Positions 58,299-64,000 of a DNA stretch of 64,000 nucleotides are shown piece by piece. This stretch comes from Syntrophorhabdaceae bacterium (GTDB lineage Bacteria > Desulfobacterota > Syntrophorhabdia > Syntrophorhabdales > Syntrophorhabdaceae). The notes under the pieces were generated by a model, which did no database searches, was not told the origin of the DNA, and was given only the letters and a program-made list of their open reading frames with translations. Positions within the stretch are counted from its first letter, which is position 1. Each line of letters begins with the position of its first letter. The stretch is from assembly GCA_963665295.1 (NCBI GenBank), contig OY762209.1, positions 1,440,001 through 1,504,000 on the forward strand, given 5' to 3'. The position numbers were made by a program, and so were the translations under genes.

Positions 58299-58476
58299 GG
58301 CCGGCCGCATGAACGAAAACTCGATATGCACCGCTCTGCAAAGGGGCGTGGGCTCTGCCGTACCTGAGTACGGCGACGCCCATCACCCCTTCACAGCCCG
58401 GCACATCTCGAGCTTCCGCCCATGCCGCCGTCCGTTCCACCGGCATCAATTGAATTTTGAAAACCAGGGATGCCGG
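58299..58476 (-). repeat. Hairpin-family copy C
   Basis: Perfect CCGGCATC-N21-GATGCCGG (58440-58476); minus-strand hairpin around GCCGTAC-TCAG-GTACGGC. Confidence 0.88.
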
Positions 58477-58598
58477 AAAATTGGGCCCCGTGATTCACGA
58501 TTACACCGCACCTTCCGGTTTTCCTCATTCCAATCCATGTCAATAGTTGTCTGTATCTTCGTCGTATTGCCGCACGGTTGCTACCCGGTCTTATTTTC

Positions 58599-58776
58599 CC
58601 GGCATCCTTAATCAATAATTGAATTACGCCGGGTGGAACAGGTGGCGGCACGGGGCGGATGCTTCAGGTTCGCTGGGCTGTGAAGGGGTGATGGGCGTCG
58701 CCGTACTTGCGTACGGCAGAGCCCACGCCCCTTTGCAGAGCGGCGGAGATGGAGCATTCGTTCTGTGCCGCCACCT
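58599..58776 (+). repeat. Hairpin-family copy D
   Basis: CCGGCATC-(AT-rich)-ACGCCGG, then arms AGGTGGCGGCACGGGGCGGATGCTTCA / TGGAGCATTCGTTCTGTGCCGCCACCT around GCCGTAC-TTGC-GTACGGC. Confidence 0.88.
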
Positions 58777-58842
58777 ACATACAGTATCGTCGATCACTCC
58801 CCCACTTTCCGAACCGCCTATCTTCGCTGCGCGCCCTTGCCA

Positions 58843-58871
58843 TTGACAGACGGGCTCCAACTTGTTACATT
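58843..58871 (+). promoter_or_regulatory. sigma70 promoter, probably giving a leaderless mRNA
   Basis: TTGACA-N17-TACATT with extended TG; ATG begins 7 nt after the -10 box; no SD. Confidence 0.65.
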
Positions 58872-58877
58872 TGGGCC

Positions 58878-59528
58878 ATGCCCGTCCATCACCATTTGCC
58901 CAAAGAAGGGATGATATACCAGAGGGAGCAGTACGCCAAGGGCGGCGCGGGAAGGCGCTACTGGGACTACAGGGACAACATTGTATTCTCCTACATTCTC
59001 CCCCGCCACAAGAGCATCGTGGACATAGGGTGCGGAGAGGGCATCGCCCTTGAAAAACTGACCGGGTTATTTCCCGGGAACGAGGTGGTGGGTGTGGACC
59101 TCGAACTGGAGAATATCGAGATCTGCCGGGAGCACGGGCTGACCGCCGTTTATTCGAATGTCTACGAACTTGCCCTGCCCACGGCTCGCTTTGACGTGGC
59201 CATCTGCATCGACGTCCTCGAGCACCTCACAAGACCCGAAGACGGGGTGAAGGAGCTTTACAGGATTTTGAGGCCCGGCGGCCGCCTCATAATCGTCATA
59301 CCCAACGACAGGAACTTCTTTCTGTCCCGTCTCGCCCTGGGGATGATAAAAGAGGCTTTCTACGACGCGGGTCACGAGAGACAGTGGAGACCCCGGGAAG
59401 TGGCGGGCCTGCTGGAAAGAACGGGGTTCGGGATCGCGGCGGGAAGGAGCATCCCCTTCCTTTTGTGGCATACGAGCCTTCACCACGTGATCGTGGCGGA
59501 AAAAAGGTCCGGAGGGGAGAAAGGATGA
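58878..59528 (+). CDS. Class I SAM-dependent methyltransferase
   Basis: VDIGCGEG, FDV..CIDVLEHL, RILRPGG. Confidence 0.92.
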   Translation: MPVHHHLPKEGMIYQREQYAKGGAGRRYWDYRDNIVFSYILPRHKSIVDIGCGEGIALEKLTGLFPGNEVVGVDLELENIEICREHGLTAVYSNVYELALPTARFDVAICIDVLEHLTRPEDGVKELYRILRPGGRLIIVIPNDRNFFLSRLALGMIKEAFYDAGHERQWRPREVAGLLERTGFGIAAGRSIPFLLWHTSLHHVIVAEKRSGGEKG

Positions 59529-60271
59529 AGCGCCGCCTCAACTGGCAGGTTACCTTCGCGTGCATCCTCATCGTCCTTTCCATCATTCTCTATGTGTGCC
59601 ATTATCTCATCTTCAAGGACGGTCACCGGATTTTCCTCGACCTTCTCGAATATATCGCCTTCATCCCGGTCCAGGTGCTCCTGGTCACCCTCGTGATAGA
59701 CAAGCTGCTCAGGGTGAGGGAGAAACGAACCCTCCTCAAAAAGCTGAACATGGTGATAGGCGTGTTTTTCAGCGAGGTGGGGATGGACCTGGTAAGGCGT
59801 TTCCTTGCCTTTGAATCCAACCGGGAGCGCCTGTCGGAGAATCTGATCCTCTCGCCGGAATGGACGGGCAAGCAATTTCTCCAGGCCCGGAAGGCGATAA
59901 AGGATTTCGGGCATGAACTGGACCTGAGCGGCGGCGGCCTCGTGGAACTCGGGACCTTCCTTGAGGGGAAGAAATATTTCCTCCTCCGTCTCCTCGAAAA
60001 CCCCAACCTGCTGGAACACGAGAGCTTCACCAACCTTTTGTGGGCCGTCACCCACCTGGCGGAGGAACTCTCATTCAGAGAGGGGCTTACCGGCCTTCCC
60101 CAGGAGGACCTCGGCCATCTTTCGGGGGACATAAAGCGTGTCTATACGCTTCTGATCTCGGAATGGCTCGTCTACATGAGCCATCTCCACGGCGCGTACC
60201 CTTACCTCTATTCCCTGGCGGTAAGGACCAACCCCTTTAATCCGAATGCAAAGGCCGGGTTCGGGGGATAG
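59525..60271 (+). CDS. Hypothetical membrane protein (two N-terminal TM helices)
   Basis: ATGA overlap with upstream gene; KLNMVIGVFFSEVG, ENPNLLEHESFT, YPYLYSLAVRTNPF. Confidence 0.8.
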   Translation: MKRRLNWQVTFACILIVLSIILYVCHYLIFKDGHRIFLDLLEYIAFIPVQVLLVTLVIDKLLRVREKRTLLKKLNMVIGVFFSEVGMDLVRRFLAFESNRERLSENLILSPEWTGKQFLQARKAIKDFGHELDLSGGGLVELGTFLEGKKYFLLRLLENPNLLEHESFTNLLWAVTHLAEELSFREGLTGLPQEDLGHLSGDIKRVYTLLISEWLVYMSHLHGAYPYLYSLAVRTNPFNPNAKAGFGG

Positions 60272-60291
60272 ATGCGGACAATGGTGAGACC

Positions 60292-61443
60292 ATGAAGATA
60301 GCGAAGAGGGCGGAGGCGATCACCCCCTTTTATGTAATGGAACTTCTCGAAAAGGCCAAAGCCATGGAGGCCCGGGGGGAAGACATAGTCCACATGGAGG
60401 TGGGAGAACCCGACTTCCCGAGCCCCCTTTCCGTGAAGGAAGAGGCGGTAAGGGCGATTATGGAGAACAGGACCTTTTATACCCACAGCCTCGGGCTTCC
60501 GGAACTGAGGGAGAAGGTCGCGGAATTCTACCTCAAATCGCACCATGTGCATGTATCGCCCGAGAGGGTAGTGATTACGAACGGGACCTCGGGCGCATTT
60601 TTGCTGCTCGCGGCCACCCTCCTCGACGGAGGGGACGTGCTCGCCCTATCCGACCCCGGATACCCCTGTTACAGGAACTTCGGTGTTTTCGTGGACGCCG
60701 CGGTCCTGCCCCTGCCCGTGTCGGAGGAGACGGGATATGCCCTCACCACCGGCCATTTCCGCAGTGTGAAGGATAAACCCCGCGTCGTGGTAATCTCCAA
60801 TCCCTCCAATCCCACGGGCGCCGTGTACAGGCAGGAGGCACTCTCGGACCTTTATGAATTCCTGGCGGCCCGGGACATAACGGTGGTGATGGACGAGATA
60901 TACTCGGGCCTTTGCTACGGCCGTGAAATGAGAACGGCTCTGGCCATATCGGACGACATCATCGTGGTGAACGGTTTTTCGAAGACCTATGCCATGACCG
61001 GCTGGAGGCTCGGCTGGATGGTGGTGCCCGAGGCCCTGGTGAGGCCGGTTCAGAAGGTCGCCCAGAACGTGTTCATATCGCCGCCCTCCATCTCGCAATA
61101 CGCCGCGCTCCAGGCCTTTGACGTGGCCGACGAACTTGCGAACATGAAGAGGACCTATGAGGAGCGGCGCGATTTCATGCTCGCGAGACTCAGGGGTCTC
61201 GGATTCCGTATACCTCTCGATCCGGAAGGGGCGTTCTACATTTACGGGGGCATTGAGCGGTGGGGCATCGACAGCATGGTGTTTGTCGAGAGGGCCCTGA
61301 GGGAAGCGAAAACGGCCATTACCCCGGGATACGACTTCGGCGCCTTCAGGGCGGGGTCCCACGTGCGTTTCTCCTATGCCAACAGCATGGAGCGGCTCAA
61401 AGAGGGCTGTGACCGGCTGGAGACGTGGCTTACGGGCCTGTGA
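60292..61443 (+). CDS. PLP-dependent aminotransferase class I/II
   Basis: GEPDF, PSNPTG, DEIY, FSKTYAMTGWRLGW, RFSYA. Confidence 0.95.
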   Translation: MKIAKRAEAITPFYVMELLEKAKAMEARGEDIVHMEVGEPDFPSPLSVKEEAVRAIMENRTFYTHSLGLPELREKVAEFYLKSHHVHVSPERVVITNGTSGAFLLLAATLLDGGDVLALSDPGYPCYRNFGVFVDAAVLPLPVSEETGYALTTGHFRSVKDKPRVVVISNPSNPTGAVYRQEALSDLYEFLAARDITVVMDEIYSGLCYGREMRTALAISDDIIVVNGFSKTYAMTGWRLGWMVVPEALVRPVQKVAQNVFISPPSISQYAALQAFDVADELANMKRTYEERRDFMLARLRGLGFRIPLDPEGAFYIYGGIERWGIDSMVFVERALREAKTAITPGYDFGAFRAGSHVRFSYANSMERLKEGCDRLETWLTGL

Positions 61444-61699
61444 CAATCCTGTACCTGTACCTCCATGGGAGCAACTTTTTCCTGACCCCATTTTTGTTTG
61501 ACAAAAACCCGTAAGGAAGGATAGCATTTGACGAATTACAGCCCTCACCGGGCCTCAGGCAGGCGGAGTGTCCAATGAAGAAGGGTTCAGTTTTCTTGCC
61601 TCGCCCCACCTTGTGTTGCCGGTATTCCGCCCGCGACAGGGGAAAATTGGTCCGGTGACATTCGCGTGAATTTGTGAACTTTCGAACCGGTGATGGGCA

Positions 61700-62776
61700 A
61701 TGAGAAGCGGCGTCAGTCTGAAATTCTGGATCGGGGGATTTTTTCTGTCCCTTCTGATCATCACGGGTATTTCGTTTCTTTTTGGAGACTCGGTACTTGT
61801 CTACACGTGGTCTTCCGACCTCGGGACGTGGATCAGGCCGCCCGGAACCGTTTACAGGCACCGGAGCGAGGGTTGGGGGACGGCACACTTCGGGCAGCTT
61901 GATGTTATCGGTGTTCGTGATATATCGAAGACCGGGGTTCCTGCCATAGCCATATGGGGTGATTCCCACGTCGAAGCATTTCAGGTCGAGCAGTGGGAAA
62001 AAATGCAGGAGCAACTGGTGGATATATGGAAGTCCCATGGAAGGACCGGCCTTACCGCCTTCGGGATAGGCAAGTCTGAGGCGTCGGTGGCGGATTACTA
62101 TTTTCAGATACCTCATTACGAAAAGAAGTGCCCCTCCATTCTTGCCCATGTCATAATTATTTCCGGCATGGATGATGTTTTGCCGGACCAGCCGTCCGCG
62201 GTACACGGGGCCTTTGAATCAAAACCGGAATACCGGCTTGTCGAGCATAACAGGGCTCCCGCCCACGTCCGGGTCAGGGCAGCTTTGAGAAAGTGGGGAT
62301 TGGACTTCGTATGGTTGTCGGCAGTGCCGCTCATAAAGGATACAAAGCTGCGGTTTTCACCGGGGCCCGCCGGGACAGGCCGGGAGAGGGTCGAAATTGT
62401 TCGCGAGCCGAACCCCGGCAAAGCATTTTCCTTCCTCCTGAGCGCGTTGAGGCGTCAGACCGCCAAGCCTGTCACCTTTGTTTATTGTCCGGAAGCGCCC
62501 ACGATTAAGGGCGGCAAAGTGGACTTCGCAGACCGCGATGCGGGCATTGTCCCCATATTTGCAGAGGAATGCCGGCGTAATGGCATCGGGTTCATTGATA
62601 TGACGCGGGATTTCCGGAATTACTATGAGGAAGAAGGGGCCTTTCCCCGCGGGTTTTCCAATTCCAGGCCTTCACAGGGGCATTTCAACAGCGGCGGCCA
62701 TCGTCTGGTGGCAAAGGCAATATACCGGGCGTACCGGTCCATGAACGGGATATCCGATGCTCTTCACACACATTGA
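61700..62776 (+). CDS. SGNH-hydrolase-like (AlgJ/AlgX-like) protein
   Basis: N-terminal TM, WGDSH block I, GHFNSGGH block V; overlaps start of the MBOAT gene. Confidence 0.75.
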   Translation: MRSGVSLKFWIGGFFLSLLIITGISFLFGDSVLVYTWSSDLGTWIRPPGTVYRHRSEGWGTAHFGQLDVIGVRDISKTGVPAIAIWGDSHVEAFQVEQWEKMQEQLVDIWKSHGRTGLTAFGIGKSEASVADYYFQIPHYEKKCPSILAHVIIISGMDDVLPDQPSAVHGAFESKPEYRLVEHNRAPAHVRVRAALRKWGLDFVWLSAVPLIKDTKLRFSPGPAGTGRERVEIVREPNPGKAFSFLLSALRRQTAKPVTFVYCPEAPTIKGGKVDFADRDAGIVPIFAEECRRNGIGFIDMTRDFRNYYEEEGAFPRGFSNSRPSQGHFNSGGHRLVAKAIYRAYRSMNGISDALHTH

Positions 62777-64000
62777 GTTTCTGATCTTTTTCACGGCCCT
62801 TCTCGGTTGCCTGTGGGCAGTCCGGGAAAACAGGGTTCGCAAGGTCCTTATGCTGGCGGGGTGTTACTATTTCTACGCATACTGGGACTGGCGGTTTCTC
62901 GGCCTGCTGGCGATCCCCACTGTTTCGGACTACCTGATCGGGAAATACCTGTCAAGGTCAATCTCTCCCACACGACGGGGTCTGCTGGTTGCGGCGAGTC
63001 TGACCATCAACCTCGGTATCCTCGCAGCCTTCAAGTATTTCAAGTTCTTTGTTTCATCCCTGCAACACCTCTTCATTCCCCTCGGGCTTCAGACGGACAG
63101 CCTGTCCATCATCCTGCCCCTGGGCATATCTTTCTATACCCTGAGAACCTTGAGCTACACCATCGATGTGTACCGGGGCAAGCTCGAACCTTGCACGAGC
63201 CTGCTCGACTATGCGGTCTTTGTCGGTTTCTTTCCCACCATGGTTGCCGGGCCCATTGTAAGGGCCTCCGAGCTTCTTCCTCAATTGGTGCGCCCTGTGG
63301 TCATGGACTTTCAGAATATCCTGTCCGGGTTCAGATTATTCGTCATAGGGTTGTTCCTGAAGGTTTTCGTGGCGGACAGAATCGCCATGTTTACGAACTA
63401 CGTTTTCGGGAATGTGGGCGTCTTTGATTCCCTCACCGTCTGGCTGGCGGTAACGGGCTACTCGGTGCAGCTCTACTGTGATTTTGCCGGATACTCCGAA
63501 ATGGCCATAGGCGTGGCAAGAGCGATGGGGTACCAGGTCCCGGACAACTTCAATTTTCCTTATCTGTCGAGGAACATAGCCGATTTCTGGAGGCGCTGGC
63601 ACATCACCCTGTCGAACTGGATCAGGGACTACGTTTACATAAGCCTGGGGGGCAATCGAAAGGGCGAGGTTCGAACCTACCTCAACCTTATGGTTGCCAT
63701 GACCTTGTGCGGGCTGTGGCATGGCGCCGCCTGGACCTTCGTGTTCTGGGGCCTGTGGCATGGCGCGGCACTGGTTGCTCAGCGTCTTTGGGCGGCCAGG
63801 AGAGGTCGCGTGGGGACGGCCCATGACCCCGGTCCGTTCCCGGGGTTCGCGGGCCGGATCATTACGCTCCTCACCGTTGTTGTGGGATGGGTGTTCTTTC
63901 GGGCAGACGGTTTCGGTAATGCCCTGACCATACTCGGCAAGATGTTTTACCACGGCGGCGGCGTCTCATGGTACCATCCCTTTGTCCTGGGCATTCTTTT
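62757..64000 (+). CDS. MBOAT O-acyltransferase (AlgI/DltB-like), runs off window
   Basis: Hand translation: MLFTHIEF...FYAYWDW...LPLGISFYT...YCDFAGYSEMAIG...FWRRWHITLSNWIRDYVYISLGG...GLWHGA. Confidence 0.93.
   Translation, partial: MLFTHIEFLIFFTALLGCLWAVRENRVRKVLMLAGCYYFYAYWDWRFLGLLAIPTVSDYLIGKYLSRSISPTRRGLLVAASLTINLGILAAFKYFKFFVSSLQHLFIPLGLQTDSLSIILPLGISFYTLRTLSYTIDVYRGKLEPCTSLLDYAVFVGFFPTMVAGPIVRASELLPQLVRPVVMDFQNILSGFRLFVIGLFLKVFVADRIAMFTNYVFGNVGVFDSLTVWLAVTGYSVQLYCDFAGYSEMAIGVARAMGYQVPDNFNFPYLSRNIADFWRRWHITLSNWIRDYVYISLGGNRKGEVRTYLNLMVAMTLCGLWHGAAWTFVFWGLWHGAALVAQRLWAARRGRVGTAHDPGPFPGFAGRIITLLTVVVGWVFFRADGFGNALTILGKMFYHGGGVSWYHPFVLGIL

Noticed and set aside
58299..58776. Hairpins as integron attC sites or intrinsic terminators
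   Set aside because: No RYYYAAC/GTTRRRY ends, no cassette array or integrase; too long for terminators and lacking U-tracts
1..64000. tRNA, rRNA, prophage or cas genes
   Set aside because: No cloverleaf, rRNA-like tract, phage structural gene or cas motif recognised by eye; a tRNAscan/Infernal run would confirm

Overview
A GC-rich chromosomal segment whose gene content suggests a strictly anaerobic Desulfobacterota (deltaproteobacterial, possibly syntrophic) organism; this taxonomy is an impression, not a database result. Ordinary content: rpoD, rlmN, class III ribonucleotide reductase (nrdD-redoxin-nrdG with tandem NrdR boxes), a CzcCBA/CusCBA-type efflux operon, PAS-rich signalling proteins (GGDEF, HD-GYP, histidine kinases, a FIST protein, a sigma54 activator), secreted/surface proteins, an AlgI/AlgJ-like pair and two intact IS elements (IS630 with CTAG duplication, IS256 with 9-bp duplication). 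No rRNA, tRNA or CRISPR array was seen. The most notable signals are: (1) four copies of a ~140-nt rod-like hairpin with covariation and strand-specific G-U/T wobbles, arranged as two divergent pairs, each preceded by a CCGGCATC-N~20-GATGCCGG inverted repeat, with one copy split by IS630; (2) an operon of an unassigned glycyl-radical enzyme, an SCP2-like protein, its activase and a Zn-phospholipase C/P1-nuclease-like protein; (3) a B12-dependent acyl-CoA mutase with non-canonical specificity residues; (4) a complete sigma54 promoter (UAS, IHF site, -24/-12) driving a 100-aa ORF with a 40-aa-period repeat; (5) a nearly leaderless His-containing uORF ending in GLSPP ahead of the metal-efflux operon; (6) a stand-alone divergent class III nucleotide-cyclase-like gene.
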